Origin: a virus
Lineage: Duplodnaviria; Heunggongvirae; Uroviricota; Caudoviricetes
DNA: 62,764 nucleotides
IMG/VR virus record: IMGVR_UViG_2516143071_000006
Direction: 5' to 3' (one strand)
The stretch's first letter is position 1, and every line of letters starts with the position of its first letter. The position numbers and the translations under genes were made by a program. Under the pieces are notes generated by a model. The model saw nothing but the letters and a program-made list of their open reading frames with translations. It made no database searches and was not told the origin of the DNA. This document shows positions 20,075 through 30,632 of the stretch, piece after piece.

Positions 20075-21343
20075 TCAGCGTAATCTGCCTATGCGAACAG
20101 CCAGTCGTCCATTCTGATCATAAACCTCAATTTTATCATTGCGGATCACCAGTCCTACATTCTGATTAGAGTAACGAATTGTCAGTTGCCCTTGTGACGT
20201 AACACTGAAAAGGCCTCCAATATTCAGGTTACCCTGAGAATCAACCTGAAAGTTTCCGTTCTGAATAACGGCACTCCGGATAACTGGCGAAGTGATACTT
20301 ACCCCAGCTTTTACCTCATCCGCCACAACCTTCCGCGACACCAGTGTTTCAATCACCGCGTCATAAATCATCGCTTTCGGGATCACTACCTTGCCACCTG
20401 ATACCGCAAACGGATAGGCTGTGTTATCCGGATTATTCGGGTCAAAGACAAACAACTGCGACGCAGAAATTGCAACCTGACTTACAGGCCTGCCTTCACT
20501 GTCTTTTCCGGCGACAATCCCGATCCCCGCAGTGATACCATCAACTCCCGCTTTTTTTGACCACATCGCAAGGAAGGCCTCACCGCCTTCTTTATCCAGT
20601 TTAGTGATGCGCTTGTCGACCTCATTAAGCGATTCACTGGTTGACGAATCCAGTGTGCTAATCCGGGTTTCAATACCAACAACCATTCTTGTCGTTTCTT
20701 CCCTGAGAGTCCCTACAACTTCGGTTGTCTTAATTGCAGCATCCTTTACAGCCTGCCCCTGCGCGTTTTTTATTTCTTTACGCAGCTCGGACACAACCGG
20801 CGACTTTGCAGCCTCATCGCGGATCTGGTCAATGATGGCCTTCACGCCGATCTGTGTTTGTGCCTGAGTGCCTTTTTCAGCATTCCATGGACCTTTCACT
20901 CCTGCCGCGTTAACAAAACGTATCCAGTAAAATCCCGACCAGCCAGGGTCAACCGGATCGCCGTAAACCTGCCCCGGCGTCGTGGCAACCAGCACTGCAT
21001 CAGCAAGGTCATCCTCCGTACCCCGCCAGATTTCAGTCAGTGAATGTCCGCGATAATTAGGCATATCCCATTCAAGAAGAACCGAGCCAAATCCACCTGT
21101 CGCCTTAAAATTCAGCGGTTTTGTGGGAAAATCAACAGTCATTAAAGTACTGTCAATCTCAATACCCGGATTCAGTGCATATGAGGCACCACCCTGTGTA
21201 CGACGTCGGGCAAGTTTAAGGCCAACCAGCTCTTCACGGGTCACAAAAGCATGACGACCGTCGCCACGCTGCCCGGTGCCAATTTCCATATTTTCCACAA
21301 CAGCGGATAAATCCTTCCCCGCCCGCCACGGTTTTTTGCTCAT
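20075..21343 (-). CDS. Tail fibre or host-specificity protein with an FN3-like segment
   Basis: GFGSVLLEWDMP...EIWRGTEDDLADAVLVATTPGQVYGDPV...GFYWIRFVNAAG pattern typical of J-type host-specificity proteins; start overlaps upstream stop (ATGA). Confidence 0.55.
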   Translation of the reverse strand: MSKKPWRAGKDLSAVVENMEIGTGQRGDGRHAFVTREELVGLKLARRRTQGGASYALNPGIEIDSTLMTVDFPTKPLNFKATGGFGSVLLEWDMPNYRGHSLTEIWRGTEDDLADAVLVATTPGQVYGDPVDPGWSGFYWIRFVNAAGVKGPWNAEKGTQAQTQIGVKAIIDQIRDEAAKSPVVSELRKEIKNAQGQAVKDAAIKTTEVVGTLREETTRMVVGIETRISTLDSSTSESLNEVDKRITKLDKEGGEAFLAMWSKKAGVDGITAGIGIVAGKDSEGRPVSQVAISASQLFVFDPNNPDNTAYPFAVSGGKVVIPKAMIYDAVIETLVSRKVVADEVKAGVSITSPVIRSAVIQNGNFQVDSQGNLNIGGLFSVTSQGQLTIRYSNQNVGLVIRNDKIEVYDQNGRLAVRIGRLR

Positions 21344-22965
21344 ATCGGTAACTCCGACATCGATGTACTCAGGGTTATTCGTTCCACCTGCCCAAATCCG
21401 GATACCATCACCTGCCAGTTTTGCCCGGTTGCTGCCGGAAGTCTCACCACACTTCCCTTAAACGTACCCGGCGCAAAATGAATAACAGGAACATCATCAA
21501 CCATAACGGTGATCCCCACCCGCTCAGGTGCTGGAGATTTCACCCTGATACAGGAAAAAGAGGTTCTTTCAGGCAATGAAAAAATTTTTGAATGCCACCT
21601 TATCGTGGACGGCAGAGAGCCCCCGGCAAGCACTGACATTTTGTCTCCTGTCACCACGCGCATCATATCTTTTGCGAGATCAACCCATGCGCAGTCAAAC
21701 GGTGTACTGAGATAGCGGATATCCATGTTCACCGGGTTGAAGACAAACACATCCTGCTTACCATCAGGTTTCGTGTAACAGGCAATGTACTCACCACGCC
21801 ATGAGTAAGCCACAATGGACGACGGATTAAACTGACTCTGCCACTGTTCTGGTGAAATGATTTTTTCCGTTACCACGGCTGTACTGCCGCCTGCATCAAC
21901 CGATACCAGGCCATTTGTTCCTGCATACAGCACGAATCCCTCCATCGCCACCATACTTCTTCGGCTCAGGCATGCCTGCATGGAAGGGATTTTGGAACCA
22001 GAAATTGTGGACGGTGATACCCCACTGAACAAATAAGGCTCCCCCTTTGTCGCCACCACCAGTGACGTTCCCAGCGGACAGATAGCTACAATATCTTCTG
22101 CCGTCGTGTGACGATTCACTTCCGGCCATGCATACGGCAGATACGCTTCCGAAAACATCACTTCATTACCGGCAAACCCGGCGGCAATACCGTTAGCCAT
22201 CAGGCAAAGGCCTGTCATATTCTCTGGCGGCGGCAGGTAATCCCATGTCGCCAGGGAAGGCCCAAGGTTTTTCGCCGGTATTTTGTCCGTGTAACTGAGC
22301 ACGGATGCATCCAGTTCAGCCACAAGTAAAAAATCCGACTCCCCTCCACCTGATGCAGAGCGATAAATCCGGCGACGTTTAATACTGGCATTCTGCAATG
22401 GCACCGGAGCCAGCGCCAGTTGTACCGCAGTTCCCGGAGTACGGAGTGTTACCTCCAGAGACGCCGGACCTGGCGGACCTTCTTCACCATAATCTGAGAC
22501 AAAGGTTTCCGTATAAAACCGGGTTTCATCATCATTCGGGTTATCGTCAGAAACATCACCGCCCTGCTGGACAGTACAGACAGGAGCTGTCGTCGGCGCG
22601 GGGATCCCAAGACGATACGATGATGTCGGGTGATTCCCGTCCCCTTTTGTGGCAATAGTCGCATCCGTCACTTTAGGAAAACGCCCGTCAGTGTAGTAAA
22701 TACGCCCGTGGGGGTCCTGAGCGATCGGACTGCGGATCACATCCACCACATCCGGCCATGCAAACCAGAAATCGTCACGGTAATGAAAAATTGTTTTTGG
22801 CTTAATTGTGAATGTTTTCTCAACCCCGGATATCTGACGTTCTGGTGTAATAACACCAAACCGGAAATGGCAGTCCTCCGCCAGTACAGCGGAATGCTCG
22901 GACAGCATGGATGTCACAACGCGCGGCATCATCCCACGCATCGTGGTGATATCGATATAGGGCAT
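21340..22965 (-). CDS. Tail-associated protein (hypothetical); may extend to a GTG at 23043
   Basis: Long ORF translationally coupled to the downstream fibre gene; ATG at 22965 has an AAGGA RBS. Confidence 0.5.
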   Translation of the reverse strand: MPYIDITTMRGMMPRVVTSMLSEHSAVLAEDCHFRFGVITPERQISGVEKTFTIKPKTIFHYRDDFWFAWPDVVDVIRSPIAQDPHGRIYYTDGRFPKVTDATIATKGDGNHPTSSYRLGIPAPTTAPVCTVQQGGDVSDDNPNDDETRFYTETFVSDYGEEGPPGPASLEVTLRTPGTAVQLALAPVPLQNASIKRRRIYRSASGGGESDFLLVAELDASVLSYTDKIPAKNLGPSLATWDYLPPPENMTGLCLMANGIAAGFAGNEVMFSEAYLPYAWPEVNRHTTAEDIVAICPLGTSLVVATKGEPYLFSGVSPSTISGSKIPSMQACLSRRSMVAMEGFVLYAGTNGLVSVDAGGSTAVVTEKIISPEQWQSQFNPSSIVAYSWRGEYIACYTKPDGKQDVFVFNPVNMDIRYLSTPFDCAWVDLAKDMMRVVTGDKMSVLAGGSLPSTIRWHSKIFSLPERTSFSCIRVKSPAPERVGITVMVDDVPVIHFAPGTFKGSVVRLPAATGQNWQVMVSGFGQVERITLSTSMSELPI

Positions 22966-23305
22966 AGAAATTCCTTTGACTGCTTCAGGCTTAAAAATCA
23001 GGGGATTTATGATGGAATTCGCTAAAATCGCGATCGGTATCACTGCAACAGAGTGTTGCTATGATATTCTGGGCAAGACGTAACAACTCACTAATTGTTA
23101 TCAAACTTCTTTCTTCTGGTCGGGGAGCATGTTGCTCCCCTTTTTATTGCATCATTACGGCAGCCACTGCACAGAGCGTTACCACTGCACCCAGCCACAC
23201 AAAAATCTCCTGCTGTGTAGTGCTTCTTTACGTATTTCAGATTTGCCTGTTTCATGACAATTTATCAATTAGCATTAGCTAAACATTTTATACATAGTAT
23301 ACGAT

Positions 23306-23533
23306 TTACATTATTTGAGAGCAGGTTGTGCTGTCAAATGCTCCAGCTCCAACCCAACGCCAGTTGTAGTGATGCCCTGCATGATACAATTTATACTTCC
23401 CGCTTTTCTTAATCCCATAAATTGGCATTATAGTTTCTTCCCCACCTAAATATGCTTTACCATGGCAAAGCGGAGTTGGCAAAGATTTGCAACCAGATAA
23501 TAATATCAATACAGCTAAAACACATTTGTACAT
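23306..23533 (-). CDS. Small lipoprotein
   Basis: MYKCVLAVLILLSGC lipobox; AAGGAG RBS. Confidence 0.5.
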   Translation of the reverse strand: MYKCVLAVLILLSGCKSLPTPLCHGKAYLGGEETIMPIYGIKKSGKYKLYHAGHHYNWRWVGAGAFDSTTCSQIM

Positions 23534-23545
23534 TATCAACTCCTT

Positions 23546-24091
23546 CTAAACCTTATAAACAGATATAGTTTTTCCGTTTTGATTAAAGAGCCAGTTTTTA
23601 GAAACTATTGCACTATAATGCCGAGTATTGTTTGCAAATGATAATGGTGTGAATGAGATATTGGTTCCATCAAATGATAGAGTAAAGTTTTGATTAGGCC
23701 CGTTCGTTAAGCCCAGATACATCTTGGTAGAGTCTTGCGTTTGAGAAAGATGCGTAATTGAACAACCTAACAACGAACCATTTATTGAACCAGCCGGATT
23801 TTGTGTTTGCACACGGCTGGAAACGGCAGAGCCAGCACCTGTCGTTGTTGAGTTATTAGAATACCCTCCATAGTTATTGTTTACAGGAACAATTTGTATA
23901 TTTGTTGCCTGAACTAAAACAACAAAATTTGAACGACCTACAGTGATAGAAAAGTCCTGTACACTTTTCCCAACCATTTGCGACATATAAAACGGTGTAC
24001 TTAGCTTAAGTTTGGCACCTGCCGATTTCATTGACCTTTCACCAGTTACACTAACGGCAGAGGAGCCAACCCATCCGGAAGCAACCCCCAT
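23546..24091 (-). CDS. Hypothetical virion protein
   Basis: 181-aa Ser/Thr/Asn-rich ORF next to the tail fibre gene. Confidence 0.45.
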   Translation of the reverse strand: MGVASGWVGSSAVSVTGERSMKSAGAKLKLSTPFYMSQMVGKSVQDFSITVGRSNFVVLVQATNIQIVPVNNNYGGYSNNSTTTGAGSAVSSRVQTQNPAGSINGSLLGCSITHLSQTQDSTKMYLGLTNGPNQNFTLSFDGTNISFTPLSFANNTRHYSAIVSKNWLFNQNGKTISVYKV

Positions 24092-24173
24092 TTAACATCC
24101 TCCTGTCATTCGGACGATAACACCAACCATCTTCTGCCTCAGACTAATGGTTCTCTGTTCTCTGATTGTTTTA

Positions 24174-26081
24174 TTATTTCTCTTTAAGGTCGCTAATCTC
24201 TTTACGCAGATTTTTTATTCCTTCAACTAACAGCGCAATAACACCATTATAATTTAATCGAAATCTCTCTTCACCAGATATGATATCTGTATCAGATGTA
24301 ACTAACTCTGGTTGAGCCTTTAACGCATCCTGTGCAAATAATCCCACAGATTGTTGCCAACTGCCATCAGCATTCTGTATTTCATACAAATAACCCGTTA
24401 GCAAGTCAAGCTTCTCCAGACAATTATCTATTCGTATTGCATTTCGCTTGTTGCGTTTATCCGAACGGATCTGAACATCGTTAAATGAGCCGTTTCCGGT
24501 CACCGTCAAATTGCCATTAATACCACCATTAAAAGTTTGTGCCTGAGTCCATGTATTGGCAGTAGTAAGCAGTTCTGTTCCTTGCCCGGGGGCTCCTGTG
24601 TCTCCCTTCGGTCCCTGTGGCCCTGCCGGACCTGCTGGTCCAGCCACCCCCGGATCGCCTTTGTCACCTTTTGGCCCCTGTGCGCCTGCCGGGCCTGCGG
24701 CTCCCGTATCCCCTTTCGGTCCCTGTGGGCCTGCCGGACCCGTATCGCCCTTGTCTCCCTTCGGGCCGGGAACGCCACCACCTGCAGCAACCTCTTCTGC
24801 CTTCTGTCTCGCCGCCTTGGCCTCATCCATTGCCGCCTTCACAGCCTTCGACGTGGCAGCCTTTGTTTCGTCATTACTGGCAGTATCACTACTTAGCTGC
24901 ACAATTCCCTTCTGTGCCGTCGTCGCGTCCACCACATTTGCTGCGCTGCCCGCCGGACCAGGCTCCCCGCGGGGGCCCTGAGGCCCAGCTTCGCCTCGTT
25001 CACCTTTCGGACCTGCCGGACCTGTCGCACCGGCATCTCCTTTCGGTCCCTGCGGCCCCGCCGGGCCTCTCTCTCCTGCAGGTCCGCGTAGCCCCTGCTC
25101 TCCCTGAGGCCCTCGTTCTCCCGGCTCACCTTTTTCACCTGCGGGACCGGCTGGTCCGGTGTCACCTTTAGGTCCTGCATCACCTTTCGGCCCGGGTGGT
25201 CCCCCCGGGTCTCCGGGGGCTCCTTTTTCACCTCTGGCCCCGGTTTCACCTCGTGGACCAGCAGGCCCCTGAATCCCCCGCTCTCCTTGCGGCCCCACCG
25301 GTCCTGTTTCACCGCGTGGTCCTTGTGCGCCTTGTGGACCTGTTTCTCCACGAGGGCCTGCATCACCTTTCGGTCCGGTATCACCTTTAGGGCCTCTGGC
25401 ATTCTCTGCCATACGCCTGGCCTCTTCAGCACTAACCGTAGCAGCCTCAGCACGTTTAAGAACGTCTCCGGCGGCCTCATGAGCCACTCTGGCGGTTTCA
25501 GCATGTTGTCTGGCATCATTCGCGTCTGCTGCCGCGGCCTTTTCAGACTCGCATGCCCGGGTCGCCGCTTCTGCAGCTTCACTGGCTTTTTGTCCGGCTT
25601 CAGCCGCCCTGCTGGTTGCCGTCTTTGCACTGTCAGATGCACTCTTCGCACTGGCTGCTGCACTGTCTTTTGACTGTGTGGCCTGAGTGTTTTTTGTCGC
25701 CGTGTCTTCATTCAGGCGACGAATAGTGGCAAGGTCATCAGCCACATTATTCTGTATCTGCCGGAAATCTGTCAGCAGTTCTCCGGGTATGCTCACCTCA
25801 ACAAGACTGCGGCGTAACAGCATATTGAGCGTCACCGTACTTTCGGTCCCCTCAATACGCACACGTCCGTAGACAGCAGTCTTCCCTTTCACCGTCACCG
25901 AAACCGCATACTCCCCCGGATCCATCGTCATTCCGTAATATCCACCTTCACGGGTCACTGCCGACGCACTGGTGCCGCTGAGCGCATCCGGTGAAACTGT
26001 CAGCGCCGTCAGGGTAATATTTGCGCCTGATATCGCCTCACCATCAGGAGATTTCAGCGTCCCCGAAACAACAACACTCAC
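24174..26081 (-). CDS. Collagen-like tail fibre protein with a C-terminal intramolecular-chaperone (S74-type) domain
   Basis: Two long runs of G-X-Y triplets ([11 protein letters not shown]...), Ala-rich coiled-coil N-terminus, C-terminal chaperone-like segment. Confidence 0.8.
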   Translation of the reverse strand: MSVVVSGTLKSPDGEAISGANITLTALTVSPDALSGTSASAVTREGGYYGMTMDPGEYAVSVTVKGKTAVYGRVRIEGTESTVTLNMLLRRSLVEVSIPGELLTDFRQIQNNVADDLATIRRLNEDTATKNTQATQSKDSAAASAKSASDSAKTATSRAAEAGQKASEAAEAATRACESEKAAAADANDARQHAETARVAHEAAGDVLKRAEAATVSAEEARRMAENARGPKGDTGPKGDAGPRGETGPQGAQGPRGETGPVGPQGERGIQGPAGPRGETGARGEKGAPGDPGGPPGPKGDAGPKGDTGPAGPAGEKGEPGERGPQGEQGLRGPAGERGPAGPQGPKGDAGATGPAGPKGERGEAGPQGPRGEPGPAGSAANVVDATTAQKGIVQLSSDTASNDETKAATSKAVKAAMDEAKAARQKAEEVAAGGGVPGPKGDKGDTGPAGPQGPKGDTGAAGPAGAQGPKGDKGDPGVAGPAGPAGPQGPKGDTGAPGQGTELLTTANTWTQAQTFNGGINGNLTVTGNGSFNDVQIRSDKRNKRNAIRIDNCLEKLDLLTGYLYEIQNADGSWQQSVGLFAQDALKAQPELVTSDTDIISGEERFRLNYNGVIALLVEGIKNLRKEISDLKEK

Positions 26082-26728
26082 ATTCCACCTCCGTTAAACA
26101 CCTTCTTGCGGGCAGACAATGCACTGTCTGCACCCTGTTTAATCCCGAGCTGCTCAACAAAACTCTGATAATGTTGTGCTGCCAGTCCTGACTCTGCACC
26201 ACCGGCTGCATCCTTGCTGAATGCACGAAACAACATCCAGTCAACCAGCGGGTTAACATAAGCCTCTTCCAGCGGTACTGGCGTATCATCGTCCTGCGTC
26301 AGAACATACACTGCCTCCGGAATGCGGCTGACCACTGCATCAATACTCACAGCCTCGTCCGGTGCAGGAAACAGCCAGAACACGCGCGGGGCAAGGTCGC
26401 TGCTGATAAAACATTCAGGTTTCCCCTTCAGTATGGGCCAGTCAGGATACTGTGCATCAAGCACCTCACGGGATTGTGGTTTGATAGCACTACCGTCACT
26501 GAGGCATATCACGTCAAGAAGTTGTATTACACCATCGGGCAAAGTCTGACGTGCACCAGGAACACAACTCAGTGTCTCCAGACTTGCGCCTGCATCCGGC
26601 CTTGCCAGAATCACCGCCCGCACAGCATCATTGTAATAATCACACAGCTCAGCCAGAGGCCAGCGCACCATCATCGGGTCAACCAGTTGCGTGTTCACTC
26701 GTCCGATGATTTCAGTAATCGTCGTCAT
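26078..26728 (-). CDS. Hypothetical virion protein
   Basis: 216-aa ORF coupled to neighbours. Confidence 0.5.
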   Translation of the reverse strand: MTTITEIIGRVNTQLVDPMMVRWPLAELCDYYNDAVRAVILARPDAGASLETLSCVPGARQTLPDGVIQLLDVICLSDGSAIKPQSREVLDAQYPDWPILKGKPECFISSDLAPRVFWLFPAPDEAVSIDAVVSRIPEAVYVLTQDDDTPVPLEEAYVNPLVDWMLFRAFSKDAAGGAESGLAAQHYQSFVEQLGIKQGADSALSARKKVFNGGGM

Positions 26729-27291
26729 CAGTAAAACCTTTGTCTGCGGACAGGATTGCGGTATGAGGAGTACGGACTTGTCGCCAGTGTGTCGCGATAT
26801 GCCCGACGGATACCCTCAGAAAACAGCACAGAGAAATACTGTGCGCGCGACGGGTCTGACCATGAAACCCCGGTCTGCATGAACAACCGTTCAAGCGCCC
26901 CCGCAGCCACTTCTTCAGACCATGTCCGCAGTTCATCCTGTATCTGGCTGCTTCCGGCTTTCGGAGCAACGGCATAAAGCACGCTCACCTCTCCGGGAGA
27001 ACAGGCAAAATGCATGGCCCGTCCGGAGCGGATATCCACATCACGACCGGCAAAAAGCTCATGACTATCGTCAAGGATACGAATAATATGAACGCACTCT
27101 TCATTCTCTGCGTCATATGGCAGCACACAGTCCTCTCCGGCTGACGGTGACAGCGTGGCTTCACGGCGGCACAACAGGGACTGACGGCAGAATGCCACTG
27201 CCGACATGGATAACGCATCCGTCATCATAATGTTCAGCGGACCACTGATATGGCGACGGACATACGGTAAAAAATCAGTCAGTTCCGCCAT
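26728..27291 (-). CDS. Hypothetical virion protein
   Basis: ORF 26728..27351 with an internal ATG at 27291. Confidence 0.45.
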   Translation of the reverse strand: MAELTDFLPYVRRHISGPLNIMMTDALSMSAVAFCRQSLLCRREATLSPSAGEDCVLPYDAENEECVHIIRILDDSHELFAGRDVDIRSGRAMHFACSPGEVSVLYAVAPKAGSSQIQDELRTWSEEVAAGALERLFMQTGVSWSDPSRAQYFSVLFSEGIRRAYRDTLATSPYSSYRNPVRRQRFY

Positions 27292-27736
27292 GCTGTTCAG
27301 TCTCCGCAACACGACGGCGAAATGCCTCACGCACACGGACACGAAATGCATCAGCCGTTTCTTTCGGGTCTTTGTGAATATTCAGCTCTTCTGCCTCACA
27401 CAACGTTGCCAGCCGTGCGGACGTGAGTTTGCTCAAATCCACATCCTGACCACCAACGCTAACCACAAAACTGTTCTCCGCTTCTGCAAGAGCAAGCTGT
27501 TCTCTTTCCTGCGCCTGCTGTGCCTGCCGCAACTGCTCATCCTGTTGTTGCTTTTTGAGCACACCATCAAGCTCTTCATGACGAACCCAGACATCCGGAA
27601 AGGCCAGCAGCTGCCAGGCAATCGCACTGTCAACATGCACCGGCTCAAGACGCGGGAACAGTGTGCGGCTCCCGGTAATGGTATCCTTTTTCACGGGTTT
27701 GGGGCCGATATAGACAACGGCAATTTTCTCACTCAT
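27275..27736 (-). CDS. Hypothetical virion protein
   Basis: 153-aa ORF downstream of the capsid gene. Confidence 0.45.
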   Translation of the reverse strand: MSEKIAVVYIGPKPVKKDTITGSRTLFPRLEPVHVDSAIAWQLLAFPDVWVRHEELDGVLKKQQQDEQLRQAQQAQEREQLALAEAENSFVVSVGGQDVDLSKLTSARLATLCEAEELNIHKDPKETADAFRVRVREAFRRRVAETEQHGGTD

Positions 27737-28230
27737 ATAATTCCCCGGATAAAAAAGCCGGCAGACGCGGGGCGGGAGGGTTTATTCAGTTTCCCACCAA
27801 CGGTTTACCGCGCCAGACATTCCAGGTGCCCGGTCCCACGGGCGTTCTAATTGTGACACTTAACCAGCCCCCCTTACCGCGGGGTGGGGTCCGGCCCACT
27901 GGCAAATAACCTGGAAAATTTTGCAGAAAAACTTCCCTTGTTTCGATGGGAACCAGCTCCCCGGGCCTAAATCTGAAGGTTGCCGTTCCCAGAACACCCG
28001 GTGGAAACAGTTGGAGTGAGGTTGAAAGGATGACCACCTGGAGTGGAAGAAAGAGAATTAAAACGTCCCGCTTCGCAACCTTCACCTGAAATCACACTTT
28101 TTCCAACCACCTAATTACGGTGCTAACCGGAAAAACTCCTCCCACTCATTGCGGGGGAAAGAATGTCCTTTCCATAATTTAAGGACCCCGAAAAAGCCGG
28201 GGGAAAAACCCGGATTGGGAAAGGAAAAAA

Positions 28231-29445
28231 TCAGAGCTTCACTGCGGTATCAACGGCAATAACGCCGTGATCCTGCATCTTGCCGCTCTTCTCGGGGAAA
28301 CGGATTTTTTTCAGACCGTTGATCCAGCTGATTGCTATCTCAGTACGGTTATCCATATCCGTTTTCTTCTCAACCATGTTGAAGTGGCCGCCGCCCTTCT
28401 GGCCGTACGCATTCGCCAGCGCCTGAGCCCCCAGCAGCATGGCACGGTCGATGTTGGTCTTGGCCTGCTTCTCCTCTGTGGTTGCTGCCATATCGTTTTT
28501 CGATACAAGGACCTTTGAGTCCTTATAGAAACGGATCGGCATCCCCGCATACTTACGGACCAGAATATTGCGCCACATCGCACATTCGCCTTTGAACAGC
28601 GGATGGTTAAACCCTTTTGAGCGGTTTACGGCACGCGTCATCATCTGGTTCCAGTCCTTGCCGGACGTGGAGGTGTACCAGTCATTCCACTGACGCGGCG
28701 TGACGTAGAGGACGTAATACGGATCTTCGCCATACAGCTCATCACCGGACAGGCGTACCGGTTGTAACGGATGAGCCATCTCGTCAATAAACAACGAGAG
28801 ATTATCGACCAGCGCAAGGGTGAACAGGTCAGACTGGTCAATACCTTCAAAACTCGTCGCATCCCCACCGAAAAAATGACGATCATGCGTCGGCGGCAGT
28901 ACGTCGTTGATCATGATTTTTTTGAATTCAGGGTGATCTGCCGTTGGCAGAATGGTGTCATCAGCAACAAAATCACCGCGGGCACCGGCAAGATGCACTA
29001 TCGCACACTGGTCCTGCAGGTCGTTAAAGTACGTACCCAGCAGCGTTCTGGCAGAGGATGCCAGGTTGAACTTCGTACGCTGCTGGCTCATACGTCCGCC
29101 CGCATCCACCAGGTGACGGCCCTGATTAATTTTCAGGGAAAAATCAGCATGGCTGAGGTCTTCACCACGGCCTTCAACGCGCTCATCCCCCATCGTCGGA
29201 CGTTTAGAGAGTTTGTGCATGATGCTGAACGTCACTTCATCACCGGCCTGTTTGTTGAGGTCCGTGATTCGCACAACCGGTGCACCGGCACTGGTCTGCT
29301 TCGTGCTTTTCTTGTCAGGCGAAACTGCTTTTGGTGCATCCTGCTGTTCAGTGAGTATATTCACCATTGAGCGGTTGCGGTTGGCAGCCGTGAAAAGCGC
29401 CACCTGATACAGCTTATTCGCCTGGGCTGTTGTTACTGTGGTCAT
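28231..29445 (-). CDS. Major capsid protein (putative)
   Basis: 404-aa ORF directly downstream of the scaffold-like gene. Confidence 0.6.
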   Translation of the reverse strand: MTTVTTAQANKLYQVALFTAANRNRSMVNILTEQQDAPKAVSPDKKSTKQTSAGAPVVRITDLNKQAGDEVTFSIMHKLSKRPTMGDERVEGRGEDLSHADFSLKINQGRHLVDAGGRMSQQRTKFNLASSARTLLGTYFNDLQDQCAIVHLAGARGDFVADDTILPTADHPEFKKIMINDVLPPTHDRHFFGGDATSFEGIDQSDLFTLALVDNLSLFIDEMAHPLQPVRLSGDELYGEDPYYVLYVTPRQWNDWYTSTSGKDWNQMMTRAVNRSKGFNHPLFKGECAMWRNILVRKYAGMPIRFYKDSKVLVSKNDMAATTEEKQAKTNIDRAMLLGAQALANAYGQKGGGHFNMVEKKTDMDNRTEIAISWINGLKKIRFPEKSGKMQDHGVIAVDTAVKL

Positions 29446-29467
29446 TACGTCAGTACTCCTTCAGTGG

Positions 29468-30475
29468 TTACCCGAGTTTTTCCAGAATCGCGTCAATTTC
29501 AGCGTCCGTCATGCCTCGCATGGCTGCTTCAATTTCGGTATGGGAAGCACCAAGTAACCGTTCAAAATTATCACCGGTTCCGACGGAAGCCGTGTTGCCA
29601 AGCTCTGACGGGGAAGCAGGCACTGCCATCTCCCGTTCAGCGGCTTTCACTTTTTCTTCCGCAGTTTTCCGGATATCCGTGTTGTCTGCCTTGTCATCAG
29701 AAGGCGGCTCACTGGCTTCACCGAAAGCAAGCTGCGTACGGCGGGCCACTTCGGCGAAACGTTCAGTGAGCGGTTTGTCTTTCCATGCGGGGTCATTCTG
29801 GAGCTTCCCGTCGATGGATACGGCAACCGAGAAGCGATCCGGATCGGAGTTCTGCCACGTTTTCAGCACCGGCACGGCATTCATCGCATCAAGAACCGGT
29901 GATAAATCCTCACCACCATGACCTTCTGCCTGCTGTGCTGATTGCTGAACACGGGACTGGAGATAGTTATTTTTACGGATGAGCGAAGCCACCGCGTCAC
30001 CAATTTCCGGATACATCTCCCTGATACGGGCAATCTTCTCATCAGAGATTTTTTCGTTTTCCGGTAACGGTGCGGGTTTCATACCGGCCTGGTGGATCTG
30101 AGACGTCAGCAGTTCAACCAGGCGTTTTTCTTCGGCTATCTGTCCCCGAAGAAGTGCGGCTTCCTGTTCGGCCCGCTGCTTACCGGAACGTTCAGCCTCA
30201 AGGACTTCATAGGGAATGACGTGTTTACCATCGCGGGTGAGCACACCCTTCGCCTCCGGCTCCTTCACGTCCTGCGTCTGCTCAGCACTGGCATCCGGCG
30301 TCGGTGCCGCAGTGTTATCGCCCGTCTGTGTCTGTGCTGCCTCATCCGCATGATTTTCTGTGGCGGCCTCTGTCACGCCGTCCTGTTCGTGACCGTCAAT
30401 ATCCACATCCCCAAGCCCTTCCAGCATTTTTTCCAGTTGTTCCGGGGTTTCTTCACCCGTAAATTCAAAATCCAT
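29468..30475 (-). CDS. Scaffolding protein (putative)
   Basis: 335-aa acidic helical protein between portal and capsid. Confidence 0.5.
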   Translation of the reverse strand: MDFEFTGEETPEQLEKMLEGLGDVDIDGHEQDGVTEAATENHADEAAQTQTGDNTAAPTPDASAEQTQDVKEPEAKGVLTRDGKHVIPYEVLEAERSGKQRAEQEAALLRGQIAEEKRLVELLTSQIHQAGMKPAPLPENEKISDEKIARIREMYPEIGDAVASLIRKNNYLQSRVQQSAQQAEGHGGEDLSPVLDAMNAVPVLKTWQNSDPDRFSVAVSIDGKLQNDPAWKDKPLTERFAEVARRTQLAFGEASEPPSDDKADNTDIRKTAEEKVKAAEREMAVPASPSELGNTASVGTGDNFERLLGASHTEIEAAMRGMTDAEIDAILEKLG

Positions 30476-30632
30476 AAATAACTCCGCATGGTCTGTTTAT
30501 CGGACAGATCCGAATGGTTGAGTAAATAAGGCTTATCGCTGCCCCCGCGAATAAGCGCACCGCTCCCGGAACGCTTATCTCCGGAAACAAAAAACCCCGT
30601 ACGATGACGGGGTTCCGTTAAGTTCAGGATTT

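Noticed and set aside
24556-25400. Possible CRISPR-like periodic repeats
   Set aside because: Periodicity is the 9-bp collagen codon repeat within a coding region, not repeat-spacer architecture.
24506-25711. Overlapping alternative-frame ORFs on both strands inside the collagen-like fibre gene
   Set aside because: Artefacts of GC-rich G-X-Y repeat DNA; the fibre frame is the only one with coherent domain structure.
27206-29921. Long plus-strand ORFs antisense to the capsid and scaffold genes
   Set aside because: Opposite-strand shadows of highly expressed structural genes; no independent support.
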